Shown here piece by piece: positions 10,680-21,027 of a stretch of 64,000 nucleotides of DNA. The DNA is from Acidobacteriota bacterium (GTDB taxonomy: Bacteria; Acidobacteriota; UBA6911): contig OY761556.1 of assembly GCA_963664705.1 (NCBI GenBank), positions 3,168,001 through 3,232,000 of the forward strand, read 5' to 3'. The notes below the pieces were generated by a model, which saw nothing but the letters and a program-made list of their open reading frames with translations, had not been told where the DNA came from and searched no databases. The position numbers were made by a program, and so were the translations under genes. How positions within the stretch are numbered: position 1 is the stretch's first letter; each line of letters begins with the position of its first letter.

Positions 10680-11525
10680 GTGTACCAGCCGATAGGCATC
10701 TTTGATTCCGGTTTCGGTGGTTTGACGGTCCTAAGGGAAATCGAGCAGATTCTACCCGGCTACGATTACCTTTACCTGGGCGATAATGCACGTGCGCCTT
10801 ACGGCAACCGCTCTTTCGAGACGGTATATGCCTATACGCTGGAGGCCGTTCGCTGGCTGTTTGACAGGGGATGCCATCTGGTCGTCCTTGCCTGCAACAC
10901 ATCTTCAGCAAAAGCCCTCCGCACCATACAGCAGCGGGATTTGCCCCACATAGCACCGAGGAGACGAGTGCTCGGCGTTATCCGGCCAGTCACAGAATCG
11001 GTAGGCAAGATCACTCGCTCGGGCCATGTCGGAATCCTCGCGACGGCAGGAACCGTTGCGTCTCAATCCTATGTCATTGAGGTAAAGAAATATTTTCCTG
11101 AAGTGACGGTGGTCCAGGAAGCCTGTCCGATGTGGGTGCCGCTCGTTGAAAACAATGAATTTGAAAGTGACGGGGCCGATTTCTTTGTTCGCCAACACAT
11201 AAACCGTATTCTCGCAGCCGATCCCCTCATCGACACCATGGTTCTCGGATGTACGCACTACCCGCTATTGCGACAGAAGATTGCCACGTTTCTTCCGTCC
11301 GAAATTGCGGTTGTATCCCAGGGAGCCATCGTCGCGGTAAGTCTCGCCGATTATCTCGAGCGCCACCCCGAAATCGAGAGGCAGTGTTCAAAGCAGAGAC
11401 GGAGAGATTTCTTCACCACAGAAAAAGCCGAGTTTTTTAATCAATCCGCAACACTGTTCTATGGCCGGGAAATCCGATGCAACGAGAACCGTGAGATGGC
11501 TGGCGTTCCCGGGTTTCGGCAATAG
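10680..11525 (+). CDS. murI: Glutamate racemase
   Basis: FDSGFGGLTV, PYG, ACNT and GCTHYP catalytic cysteines. Confidence 0.96.
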   Translation: MYQPIGIFDSGFGGLTVLREIEQILPGYDYLYLGDNARAPYGNRSFETVYAYTLEAVRWLFDRGCHLVVLACNTSSAKALRTIQQRDLPHIAPRRRVLGVIRPVTESVGKITRSGHVGILATAGTVASQSYVIEVKKYFPEVTVVQEACPMWVPLVENNEFESDGADFFVRQHINRILAADPLIDTMVLGCTHYPLLRQKIATFLPSEIAVVSQGAIVAVSLADYLERHPEIERQCSKQRRRDFFTTEKAEFFNQSATLFYGREIRCNENREMAGVPGFRQ

Positions 11526-11575
11526 CTGAAATCAACAGGATCCGGGCTTGTCCACCGATAAAGTCGTAGCAAAGC

Positions 11576-11591
11576 TTAATCGCTTGATTAA
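11576..11591. promoter_or_regulatory. Candidate repressor operator upstream of the acyl-CoA dehydrogenase pair
   Basis: Perfect inverted repeat TTAATC-GCTT-GATTAA about 55 nt before the start codon. Confidence 0.4.
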
Positions 11592-11645
11592 TGCGAGTGG
11601 TTACGATAGAAAAGCTGTTCGCAATAATACCTTAAGGGGATTTTT

Positions 11646-12737
11646 ATGTATTCGTTTGAACCTACGGATGAACAGAAAATAGTCGTAAATGCCGCGAAAA
11701 AGCTGGCGGTCAAGGAATTTCGCAATCGAATGCGCGATGCGGATGAGGCTGGAGAACCAGCCGCCGAATGGACTCAGGCGGGATGGGAACTGGGGCTGCT
11801 TCCGGCCAGCATTCCAGAGGAATATGGTGGGTTTGGAGAGCACTCCGCAATGACGTGGACTTTGGCTGCCGAGGAACTGGCATGGGGCGATCTCAGCGCT
11901 ACATTGGTCCTGGCATCCCCCAACCTGGTGGCAATCCCCATTTTCCTGTGCGGGACAGAGGAACAGAAAAAAGAACTTCTCCCCCTCTTCTGCGGAGATG
12001 CCTTTGCCTGCGGTTCGGCAGCACTCATGGAGCCCCATTTTGGCTTTGACCCCAATAGCCCCAAAACAACCGCAATCCTAAAGGATGGAAACTATATTCT
12101 GTCCGGTAACAAATGCAATGTGCCGTTTGCAGCCGAATCCGAATGGATGCTGGTTTATGCCTCTCTCGAGGGGCAATGCCAGGCATTCCTGGTCCCCAAG
12201 GGAACCCCAGGACTCACAATCAAAGAACGCGAAAGCAGTATGGGAATGAAAGCATTACCCATGTATTCCATAGAGCTGAATGAATGCTGCGTGCCCGCGG
12301 CGCGTCGCCTGGGCGGTGCAGCCGGATGCGACTTCCAGCTTCTATTGAGTTCCTCGCGCGTAGCCCTTGCCTCCATGGCGGTGGGCGTTGCCCGGGCGGC
12401 CCATGAGTTTGCGGTCGACTATGCAAAGAACAGAAAGGCCTTTGGGGAAGCGATTGCGCAACGTCAGTCTATCGCATTCACGCTGGCGGAAATCATCACC
12501 GATATTGACGCCGCTCGATTACTGGTCTGGGAGGCCGCATGGCGGCTGGACAATCATCAGGACGCAACCAAGGAAGCTTACCTGGCTATGAACTTTGTCA
12601 GCGACGTCGCGCTTCAGGCGTGCGATCGCGCGGTTCAGATTCTTGGCGGGTACGGATATACTCGAGATTTCCCGGTTGAGCTCTTTCTACGCAACGCGCG
12701 CGGTTTCGGAGTCATGGAAGGCATTGCCATCGTGTAG
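11646..12737 (+). CDS. Acyl-CoA dehydrogenase family protein (FadE24-like subunit)
   Basis: IPEEYGGFG, EELAWGD, RKAFGEAI, QILGGYGY; short C-terminus ending GVMEGIAIV. Confidence 0.9.
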   Translation: MYSFEPTDEQKIVVNAAKKLAVKEFRNRMRDADEAGEPAAEWTQAGWELGLLPASIPEEYGGFGEHSAMTWTLAAEELAWGDLSATLVLASPNLVAIPIFLCGTEEQKKELLPLFCGDAFACGSAALMEPHFGFDPNSPKTTAILKDGNYILSGNKCNVPFAAESEWMLVYASLEGQCQAFLVPKGTPGLTIKERESSMGMKALPMYSIELNECCVPAARRLGGAAGCDFQLLLSSSRVALASMAVGVARAAHEFAVDYAKNRKAFGEAIAQRQSIAFTLAEIITDIDAARLLVWEAAWRLDNHQDATKEAYLAMNFVSDVALQACDRAVQILGGYGYTRDFPVELFLRNARGFGVMEGIAIV

Positions 12738-12755
12738 TTGTCTGGAGATATTTGA

Positions 12756-13952
12756 ATGATCAGCTTTGAAAATTCGCCAAAAATTAAGGAACAAACCGAA
12801 TACGCGGAATCAATCGCCCGGGACATTATCCGGCCGCAGGCACGATTCTTTGATGAGAATGAACACGAAGAACCCTGGGAGTTTGCAAAATATATCTGGA
12901 ATACCGCCCGCAAAAAGCTGGAAAGTCTGGATCCGTCGGTGGTCGTTCCGGAAGAACCATTCATGCTGCAGCTCCACATGATAGAAATGATCTCCTGGGG
13001 CGATGCAGGATTTTTTATGTGCCTTCCCTGGCCCGCGCTTGGGGGCAACGCCATTTTCACTACCGGAACGAAAGAACAAAAGGACAACCTCGCCAAACGA
13101 TTCCAGGGCAGCGAACCGACATGGACGTGCATGGCTCTGACCGAGGCCCACTGCGGATCCGACTCTTCCGCTATCCGGACGCGTGCCGTGCGCGACGGAA
13201 ACAACTGGGTTCTGAACGGAGAGAAGCTGTTTGTCTCGAGCGCGAGAAAGGCAATGATTGATTCCCATGGCGTCATGGTTGTCTGGGCGACGGTGGATCC
13301 CAAAGCCGGTCGCGCCGGCATTAAGCCTTTCATGGTGGAATCGGGAACTCCCGGCGTCAAGATATTCAAACTTGAAAAGAAGTTGGGATTCCGATCCAGT
13401 GATACGGCGGTGGTGATTCTGGAGGATTGTCGTATCCCGCTGGAAAACCTGCTGGGTGGAGAGGAAGGCAAAGGCTTCAAGGGAGCGATGAAAACCTTCG
13501 ATTCGGCCAGGCCCGCAGCGGCCGCCAACGGAATGGGAATCGCGCGTGCCACTCTGGACTTCCTGAAAGAACAGCTCGCCGAGCAGGGCATCAAAATACG
13601 GTACGGTGTCCCCCGTCATCTCCTCACCGCCATCGAGCGCGACATCATTGATATGGAAGCACAGCTGAGGGCGGCATGGCTTCTCGTTGTGCGGGCGGGA
13701 TGGCTTGTTGATCAAGACCGGCGCAACACACTGGAATCATCCATGAGCAAAGTGAAGGCCGGAGAGGTTATCACCAGGATTACCCAAAAGGGAATCGAGC
13801 TTATGGGTCCGTTGGGATATTCCCGACGCCTGCTGCTTGAAAAATGGATGCGCGACGGCAAGGTCATTGATCTGTTTGAAGGAACGGGGCAGGTCAACCG
13901 GCTGGTCATAGCGCGGCAGATTCTCGGCTATTCCAACAAGGAACTGAAATAG
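12756..13952 (+). CDS. Acyl-CoA dehydrogenase family protein (FadE23-like subunit)
   Basis: MALTEAHCGSD, LNGEKLFV, KLGFRSSDT, EKWMRDGKVIDLFEGT with catalytic-type Glu. Confidence 0.92.
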   Translation: MISFENSPKIKEQTEYAESIARDIIRPQARFFDENEHEEPWEFAKYIWNTARKKLESLDPSVVVPEEPFMLQLHMIEMISWGDAGFFMCLPWPALGGNAIFTTGTKEQKDNLAKRFQGSEPTWTCMALTEAHCGSDSSAIRTRAVRDGNNWVLNGEKLFVSSARKAMIDSHGVMVVWATVDPKAGRAGIKPFMVESGTPGVKIFKLEKKLGFRSSDTAVVILEDCRIPLENLLGGEEGKGFKGAMKTFDSARPAAAANGMGIARATLDFLKEQLAEQGIKIRYGVPRHLLTAIERDIIDMEAQLRAAWLLVVRAGWLVDQDRRNTLESSMSKVKAGEVITRITQKGIELMGPLGYSRRLLLEKWMRDGKVIDLFEGTGQVNRLVIARQILGYSNKELK

Positions 13953-13997
13953 CCGGGGGCTACCCGGCCTCCCGCGCCGGGATCAAAGGAGCACTAC

Positions 13998-15014
13998 GTG
14001 TACCCGCTCGTTGTGATTGGGCTGAATGCGGTCATCGTAGCTGTCACGGAGGAAACGCCTCGAATCCTGACCGTAAAGCGGGCGGAGCATTCACTGGCAG
14101 GCGGCTTGATGCTCGAGCAGGAAACATCCCCCCTCGAGCCCTTCGATGCAATACCCTTTGGGCCGTTCGACCCATCCACCGATCGAACACTCGAGATTGG
14201 CCTGCGCCGCTGGGTCCGGGAACAAACAGGACTCGAGTTGGGCTATGTCGAACAGTTGTACACCTTCGGTGACCGCAACAGAGATCCGTCGGAGGAAGCG
14301 GGCGGCCCCAGGGTGATTTCGGTGGCCTACCTTGCATTGGTTCGCGAAGGAAAACCTTCCGGCACCGCCGGAGCCCACTGGAAGGAATGCTATCGATTCT
14401 TTCCGTGGGAGGACTGGCGCGCGGGGCGGCCAGACATCATCGAAAAACACATAGCGCCGGTACTCGATCAATGGGTTCATACCGCCGCGGATCCCCGGAC
14501 ACGCCAGGAGCGGCGCGAGCGCATTGATATCAATTTTGGCCTGGGTGGAGCGCCCTGGGTTCCGGAGCGAGTGCTGGAGCGTTATGAATTGGTTTATGAG
14601 GTCGATCTTGCCGCGGAAGCGCTGCGGAACCGGGGAATCATCGGCGATGCTTCCGGAGAGGACTGGAAACAGCGCCTCGGCCGGCCCATGGCCTTGGATC
14701 ACCGGCGGATTCTGGCAACCGCACTGGGACGTCTCCGCGGAAAACTGAAATACCGACCTGTTGTTTTCGAACTCCTGCCATCGGCCTTCACATTATTGCA
14801 GCTTCAACGCGTTGTGGAAGCACTCGCGGGAGTCCGGCTACATAAGCAGAATCTTCGCAGGCTGGTAGAAAACGGCGGGCTGGTCGAAGGCACCGCACGC
14901 TTCGATCAACAAACCGGAGGTCGGCCGGCTGAACTGTTCCGATTTCGACGGGACGTCCTCCGTGAACGCCCGGCTCCCGGAGTTGGTTTGCCAGGAATCA
15001 GGCATGCAGGATAA
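13998..15014 (+). CDS. NadQ/NrtR-type Nudix-related transcriptional regulator
   Basis: LGYVEQLYTFGDR, DHRRILATALGRLRGKLKYRPVVFELLP, winged-HTH segment HKQNLRR..TGGRPAELFRF. Confidence 0.85.
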   Translation: MYPLVVIGLNAVIVAVTEETPRILTVKRAEHSLAGGLMLEQETSPLEPFDAIPFGPFDPSTDRTLEIGLRRWVREQTGLELGYVEQLYTFGDRNRDPSEEAGGPRVISVAYLALVREGKPSGTAGAHWKECYRFFPWEDWRAGRPDIIEKHIAPVLDQWVHTAADPRTRQERRERIDINFGLGGAPWVPERVLERYELVYEVDLAAEALRNRGIIGDASGEDWKQRLGRPMALDHRRILATALGRLRGKLKYRPVVFELLPSAFTLLQLQRVVEALAGVRLHKQNLRRLVENGGLVEGTARFDQQTGGRPAELFRFRRDVLRERPAPGVGLPGIRHAG

Positions 15015-15082
15015 AATAGAGCCGTTATCAAAACTCAGGATGTTGCCGGGTTAAACGTAGCAGCTTTCAGGACGAGGAGATC

Positions 15083-15718
15083 ATGAAATATCGGGTTTTG
15101 ACCGTTGCGCGAGAGTATGGAAGCGGTGGGGGCGAAATCGCCGCCGTCATAGCAAATGAACTCGGATGGAGACTGGTGGATAAGGACCTGATTACGGATA
15201 TCAGCCATGTGGAAAAAGTGCCACCCAGTGAAGTCGAAGCTTTTGATGAAAAGGTCGACCCCTGGATCCACCGAATCACTCGCTCAGTGTGGGGAGTTGG
15301 AGCGGATGGAATCTCTCCTGTCGCCCCCGTCGATATGTTTGATGCTCAAAAGACGGCTGCGATGGCAAAGCGCACGATTCATGAAGCCTACAAGATGGGG
15401 CAGTGCGTCATCGTGGGACGCGGATCCCAATGTGTCCTGCGGAACAAGGAAGATGTATTTCACGTCTTTGTCTATGCCAATTGGGAAGAGCGTGTCCGCA
15501 AAATTCGCGAGCGCAAAGGACCGGGAAAGGACATTGAAGGGATGATCCGATCCATCGATGCGGAACGCTCCGAATATGTCCGGCTGCATTACCGGCAAAA
15601 CTGGCTGAATCCCTATCTCTACGACATGATGATCAATTCCAAAGGCCAAAATGAGCAGGTCGCGCGGCTTATCATTGGCGCCATGAAAATGGTCCCGGAG
15701 TCAGCGCCCAAAGCCTGA
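15083..15718 (+). CDS. Cytidylate kinase-like family protein
   Basis: TVAREYGSGG P-loop-like motif, CVIVGRG, HVFVYA, YDMMINS. Confidence 0.85.
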   Translation: MKYRVLTVAREYGSGGGEIAAVIANELGWRLVDKDLITDISHVEKVPPSEVEAFDEKVDPWIHRITRSVWGVGADGISPVAPVDMFDAQKTAAMAKRTIHEAYKMGQCVIVGRGSQCVLRNKEDVFHVFVYANWEERVRKIRERKGPGKDIEGMIRSIDAERSEYVRLHYRQNWLNPYLYDMMINSKGQNEQVARLIIGAMKMVPESAPKA

Positions 15719-15749
15719 TTCGACCGATTCGTAAGTACCGACCATCCGA

Positions 15750-15777
15750 CGCAGCCGTCGCGGCGGCAACGGCTGCG
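15750..15777. terminator. GC-rich hairpin between convergent genes
   Basis: CGCAGCCGT...ACGGCTGCG inverted repeat. Confidence 0.45.
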
Positions 15778-15833
15778 CTGGATTCAGATTTGCTCTTGCC
15801 GGAGGAACACCAGGGCTCCCCAGTGGGAGTCCA

Positions 15834-17885
15834 TTACCGGCGAAGCCACTGATTCAGCCATCCCAGCACCGTTTCATGCCACTGAATGCTGTTTTGCGGT
15901 TTGACCACCCAGTGATTCTCATCCGGGAAATATAAAAGCTTCGAGGGAATCCCCTTACGCTGCAGCAGCGTGAATGTCGACAGACCCTGCGTCGCGACGA
16001 CGCGGAAGTCCTTGCCTCCGTGAACCACCAGCATCGGAGTTTTCCAGTTCCGCACGAAATTCAGAGGACTGTCCTTCGTGTATCCGGCCGGGTTGTCATA
16101 AGCCGGCCCGCCATGCTCCCATTCCGGGAACCAGAGTTCTTCCGTATCATAGTAAGCCGTAAGCTCATCGAGATTCCCGTCATGGCAGACAAGGGTTTTG
16201 AACCGGTCCGTGTGCCCTTCAATCCAGTTGATCATATACCCGCCATAGGAGGCACCCAGTGCCGCCATCCTGCCGCTGTCAAGAAAGGGATATTTTTGCA
16301 GGGCGAAGTCGAGCCCTTTCATCAGGTCGTCGTAAGGTGCACCGCCCCAGTCATTATTGATCGCATCGGTAAATGCCTGTCCGTAGCCGGTGGAACCATG
16401 AAAGTCTATCATCACGGCGGCATAGCCTGCTCCGGCATAAGCCTGCGGATTCCATCGATAGTGAAAGTCATTCCCGAATGAACCCTGAGGCCCGCCATGA
16501 ATTAAAAACGCGACGGGATATTTCTTCGCAGGATCGAAGTCAACCGGGTGAACGATATAGCCGTACACGGTATCCCCTTTTGCCCCTTTGAATGCAAATT
16601 GCTCCGGGCTCCCGAATTTCACGGCAGCCACCCGAGCATCATTTACGTGCGTAATGCGTCGCAGATCCTTCCCGCTCAGGCCAATGGAGTAGAGTTCCGT
16701 AGGGTTGAGCAGAGAATGCATGCCAAAGAGAATACGACCTCCGGGGAGGAGTTGTGGGCTCGAAGTCGTCCCCTTTTCAAGAATGATGCGGGCTTTCCCG
16801 CTCGCTGCATCGATAGAAAAAATCGAGTGCTGCCCAAGATGATCAGCAGTACAGAGTATTTCCTTGCCGTCCGCAGTCCACTTCAATTCGCCGGCAGAAC
16901 GATCGCCACGATCCGAATCATCCGCTCGCACCACGATTTTGCGCTCCCGGCCGCCTTGCCAGTCCCGCAGGATAATATCAAAGCGATCGGCCTCATAGCC
17001 CGATCGAGTCATCGCCAGGTAAGCGAGAGTCTTTCCATCAGGTGAAAATGCCGGCTGGCCGTCCCAAGCGGGATTGGAGGTGATCCTTTCGGGCTTTGCG
17101 GATCCGTCCGCCTGCGCGGCAAATAAATCATAGTTGGTAGACCACGCCTCCTCGCGCCCAACATCTTTGGTACTGAAAACAATCACGCGGCTGTCGGGAG
17201 AGATAGCGACGTCCTCAGCTCCACCGAAGGGCTTTTGCGGACAGTCCGCCGACATATCCGCCATGATGTCCCGGGCAGGCCCGGCCGGCAGCGGATAGAC
17301 AAAAAGGTGATTGCGGGTGCCATCCTCCCAGTTATCCCAGTGGCGAATAAACAGGCGGTCGTATGTCAGCCCGCTGGCCTTGGATGCCTCCTTGTCGCCC
17401 AATATCTTTTTTGTTTCCTCCGGCGATTTCCCGGGGAAAACCGGCATGGAAAAAACCAGGTATTTTCCGTTTGGCGCAACCTGAAGAGCGTCCGCATCCA
17501 GGGGAAGGCTGGTAACCGGCTCCGCTTCACCACCGTTCAATGACAGACGCCACACCTGCTGCGAACCCGACCGCGTTGAAAGGAAATAGAGGCTTTTGCC
17601 ATCGGGACTCCAGCGCGGCTGGCCGTCGCTGGACGGATTATTCGTCAACTTGCGGATTTCGGATCCGTCAATCCGGGCCACATAAACATCGGTTCGGCGC
17701 CGGTTTGCATCAAGATCGGTCACGCTGATGGAAAATGCGACTTTGTCTCCATCCGGCGAAACCTGCCAGTCGGAAATCCGATCCATTGCAAGCATGTCCC
17801 GAATAGAAAAGGGATGGGGATCCGCGGCCAGGGATGGCAAAACAAAAATAAGATAAGACATCGACCATAATGCAAGACGACGCAT
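15834..17885 (-). CDS. S9 family (prolyl oligopeptidase-like) exported peptidase
   Basis: Signal peptide; PD40-like propeller repeats (WSPDG, FSPDG); IHGGPQ; nucleophile GASYGG; DFRV; FPDENHW. Confidence 0.93.
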   Translation of the reverse strand: MRRLALWSMSYLIFVLPSLAADPHPFSIRDMLAMDRISDWQVSPDGDKVAFSISVTDLDANRRRTDVYVARIDGSEIRKLTNNPSSDGQPRWSPDGKSLYFLSTRSGSQQVWRLSLNGGEAEPVTSLPLDADALQVAPNGKYLVFSMPVFPGKSPEETKKILGDKEASKASGLTYDRLFIRHWDNWEDGTRNHLFVYPLPAGPARDIMADMSADCPQKPFGGAEDVAISPDSRVIVFSTKDVGREEAWSTNYDLFAAQADGSAKPERITSNPAWDGQPAFSPDGKTLAYLAMTRSGYEADRFDIILRDWQGGRERKIVVRADDSDRGDRSAGELKWTADGKEILCTADHLGQHSIFSIDAASGKARIILEKGTTSSPQLLPGGRILFGMHSLLNPTELYSIGLSGKDLRRITHVNDARVAAVKFGSPEQFAFKGAKGDTVYGYIVHPVDFDPAKKYPVAFLIHGGPQGSFGNDFHYRWNPQAYAGAGYAAVMIDFHGSTGYGQAFTDAINNDWGGAPYDDLMKGLDFALQKYPFLDSGRMAALGASYGGYMINWIEGHTDRFKTLVCHDGNLDELTAYYDTEELWFPEWEHGGPAYDNPAGYTKDSPLNFVRNWKTPMLVVHGGKDFRVVATQGLSTFTLLQRKGIPSKLLYFPDENHWVVKPQNSIQWHETVLGWLNQWLRR

Positions 17886-18075
17886 GGTACCTCCTCTGCT
17901 ATCGCTGCATTCTAAAGCAGGGAGGAAAAAACAGCCAGTGGCCCCGCGGAAAAATTATCCCAAAGCGCCTGGCAATTATTCCATGGATAGATATCCTGTC
18001 TTTTCCACAAATTTCCTTTATCCGAAAAAAAAGATTCAAGCATAGAATGCAGGAATCGGGATCAGGGAGGAATCC

Positions 18076-18708
18076 ATGGCAGAGGACCCATCGATTAAAA
18101 TCAGGCTGCAGGAACTAGTGGATCGAAGCTGGCCTATCGCGAGCATTCGAGCCCATTGCGATGCGCTCACCGCGGAAGGTATGCCCACAAAAATTCTCGA
18201 TCGGGATCTAATTCTGGCGGAAAAGGATGCGATTCTGAATCGTGTACAACGGAGAGCGGAAGAATATAACTTTGTTGCAGGCAACTGTGCTCGAAGCTCT
18301 GCTCTGGCCGTCATGGAGGAATTCGGCCTGGGCAATATGCAAATCATCAAAGCGCTCTCTCCGTTTCCCGGGTTTGGCGGCACCGGGTGGATGTGCGGAG
18401 GCGTAAGCGGCGGACTCATTGCAATCGGATTGTACCTGGGCAGCGATGATCTGCAGAATCACGCGGCCGTCGCGGCTACGATGGTGGCGGGCAGGCAATT
18501 CATGGCCCGGTTTGAATCTGAAGTTGGCGTCGTAACATGCCGGCGGATCCAGGAGGATGTTGTCTTCGGCCGCTTTATGGATCCGGGAGCCAGCCCTGAA
18601 AACATGGAGGCCTTTGCCAAGGCGCATGGCTTTGAGAAATGCAGCCTGATTGCAGGTATCGGAGCCAGGATCGCAGCCGGAATCATCATTGAAAACCTGA
18701 AATCTTGA
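18076..18708 (+). CDS. C-GCAxxG-C-C family putative redox protein
   Basis: GNCARS, GWMCGGVSGG, TCRRI, EKCS four-cysteine pattern; GGAGG RBS. Confidence 0.8.
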   Translation: MAEDPSIKIRLQELVDRSWPIASIRAHCDALTAEGMPTKILDRDLILAEKDAILNRVQRRAEEYNFVAGNCARSSALAVMEEFGLGNMQIIKALSPFPGFGGTGWMCGGVSGGLIAIGLYLGSDDLQNHAAVAATMVAGRQFMARFESEVGVVTCRRIQEDVVFGRFMDPGASPENMEAFAKAHGFEKCSLIAGIGARIAAGIIIENLKS

Positions 18709-18799
18709 CTCCGTTCCGGAGGGCTCAGGGGTAGGCGACCTCCATTCGAAAACTTCAAAGCGGTCTTTACGCAGAGTTGCAGGGATACCAGGAGCGGGA

Positions 18800-21016
18800 A
18801 TGGCATCGGAAGGAACTTCAAAAGACTGGCTGACCGCATTGGCTTCCGCCGAAGTCGGGGATAAGGTCATTCCTACTTTCTGCGCCATGTGCGGACCGGG
18901 TCTGGGCTGCGGGATATATGCCTACGTGAAGAAAGGCAGATTCACGCGAGTGGAGGGGATGAAGGAATCGCCGGTAAATGAAGGACGGCTATGTGCGAAA
19001 GCGCATGCGGCCCCACAGTGGGTTTACTCCCCTCAACGGCTGCTCTTTCCAATGAAGCGGATCGGGAGGAAAGGAGATGGGAAATTTGCGCGAATTTCCT
19101 GGAATGAGGCACTAGATCTCATTTCGACAAAGCTAAAGGAGCAGAAAGAACAATATGGCCCGGAGTCATTGGCAATACTCTCGCCCGCCCGCCGGTCCTA
19201 CAGCGAATTTCTTTATCGGTTCCTGATCGCGCACGGCAGTCCCAACTATGGTCACAGCGGCATTTGTGCCATGCAAAAAACTTTCGCCTTCACCTACACG
19301 CTGGGTGCAGCGCCTGTTCCGGACATTCCAAACAGTAAACTCATCCTTATCTGGGGCAAGCAGCCGGTTTACTCCGGCAGCACAAGAGGTAATCTCAAAC
19401 AGATACTGGACGCGAAGGCACGCGGGGCAAAAATAATATCTATCAAACCGACCATGGAGCCGGATGTTGCGATTTCCGATGCGTGGATTCCTATCAGGCC
19501 GGGAACGGATGCGGCACTTGCCCTCGCAATGCTCCATGTCATCATCAGGGAAAAACTGTATGACGCCTCGTTCGTGGCTCAATGGGCCTATGGATTCGAT
19601 CGGCTTGAACAGCATATTGTCGGCTATACACCAAGATGGGCAGAAGAGATAACCGGAATTCCCGCGAATAAGATCATTGATATTGCACGGTCCTATGCCA
19701 CGGAAAAACCCGCCTGCATTGACCATGGCAATGGCCTTGAACATGCTCCATCATCCAACCATGCGGTTCGTGCCATCGCTATCCTTATGGCGATTACTGG
19801 TAATCTGGACAAGCCCGGCGGCGATATTTTCCCGGGGGCACCCGCCCTGCCTATGCCCAAAAGCGTCCATCTGCGCGAACGCTATACGCAGGAATGGGTG
19901 GATAAGCTGGCCGGGGAAGAGTTCCCCAAGGCCTTTCAGCCCTGGGTTGAAGGAACCTCCGCCGCATATTACCGCCTGTTCGATAGCATTCTTACAGAGA
20001 AACCCTATCCACTGAGAACGCTAATTGCCCCCGGCACTCAGCCGACTGTCAGCACGCGCGGATCGAAAAATGTCATTGCGGCTCTGCAAAAACTCGATTT
20101 CTATGTCGTGATCGATGTCATGCGCACCGCTGAAATCAACTATGCCGATGTGGTGATCCCCGTGGCAACAATGTACGAAACGGATCATCCCTTTGAATAT
20201 TCCGGCAACTGGATCATGGCTCGCAACAAGGTGATCGAGCCCCTGGGAGACTATAAGTCCGACTATGAGTTCTGGATCGAGCTCGGGATGAAGATGGGTT
20301 ATGGGCAAGATTTCTGGAACGGCAGCATGGAGGAGTGCATCAAGGACCAGCTCAGCCCGTTGGGAATATCCATGGAGGAATTGCGGGCCAGACCCACAGG
20401 CATGACATCACCCCCCAAGCCGATGGAGTATGAAAAATATGCCGGGATCTTCAGCCGGCTCAGCACGCGCTTTTCGAAGGCCCCATACCTGCCGCAAGGC
20501 AAGGTTGCAATCTATAATACGACCTTTGAGGAAAACGGTTTCAGCCCCCTCCCCATCTGGGTTGAACCGCCAGAAAGCATAACCGGCACACCCGACCTGC
20601 GGAATAAATATCCGCTGATCTTTTCCGATTTTCACACATCAAAAGTATATAACGCCTCCTGGCTGCGCAACATACCCTGCCTGCGAGAGATTCTCCCTTA
20701 CCCAACATTGCAGATGCATCCTTGCACCGCACGCGAAAGAGGCATTGATGATGGGGACTGGGTCGTCGTTGAATCGCCCCACGGGCGCCTTAAAATCAAA
20801 GCTCAGGTCAATCCGGGAATCAGGCCTGACACGGTTATGGCGCTGCATGGATGGTGGCAGGGATGCGAAGCGCTAAACCTGTCAGACTATCCACTTCTCG
20901 AAGGCGGGGCTAACACCAATACCATGTACAGCGTTGATTTCAACAAAGCCTTCGACCCGATCGTCACCGCCATGTCGAGTCAGACTCTTGTACAGGTAAC
21001 AAAGGCGTTAGCCTGA
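18800..21016 (+). CDS. Molybdopterin (bis-MGD) oxidoreductase catalytic subunit, no Tat signal
   Basis: CAMCGPGLGC...LCAK Fe-S motif, ISWNEALD, IRPGTDAAL, ADVVIP, C-terminal molybdopterin-binding domain (HGWW). Confidence 0.92.
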   Translation: MASEGTSKDWLTALASAEVGDKVIPTFCAMCGPGLGCGIYAYVKKGRFTRVEGMKESPVNEGRLCAKAHAAPQWVYSPQRLLFPMKRIGRKGDGKFARISWNEALDLISTKLKEQKEQYGPESLAILSPARRSYSEFLYRFLIAHGSPNYGHSGICAMQKTFAFTYTLGAAPVPDIPNSKLILIWGKQPVYSGSTRGNLKQILDAKARGAKIISIKPTMEPDVAISDAWIPIRPGTDAALALAMLHVIIREKLYDASFVAQWAYGFDRLEQHIVGYTPRWAEEITGIPANKIIDIARSYATEKPACIDHGNGLEHAPSSNHAVRAIAILMAITGNLDKPGGDIFPGAPALPMPKSVHLRERYTQEWVDKLAGEEFPKAFQPWVEGTSAAYYRLFDSILTEKPYPLRTLIAPGTQPTVSTRGSKNVIAALQKLDFYVVIDVMRTAEINYADVVIPVATMYETDHPFEYSGNWIMARNKVIEPLGDYKSDYEFWIELGMKMGYGQDFWNGSMEECIKDQLSPLGISMEELRARPTGMTSPPKPMEYEKYAGIFSRLSTRFSKAPYLPQGKVAIYNTTFEENGFSPLPIWVEPPESITGTPDLRNKYPLIFSDFHTSKVYNASWLRNIPCLREILPYPTLQMHPCTARERGIDDGDWVVVESPHGRLKIKAQVNPGIRPDTVMALHGWWQGCEALNLSDYPLLEGGANTNTMYSVDFNKAFDPIVTAMSSQTLVQVTKALA

Positions 21017-21027
21017 AGGGAGCCCCC

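Noticed and set aside
12635-13715. 319-aa and 301-aa minus-strand ORFs
   Set aside because: Antisense shadows of the acyl-CoA dehydrogenase gene.
18706-18745. Possible selenocysteine readthrough: TGA of the C-GCAxxG-C-C gene followed by a GGAGG...CCTCC stem
   Set aside because: All four family cysteines are already encoded, the TGA is at the normal C-terminus, and the readthrough peptide looks non-coding.
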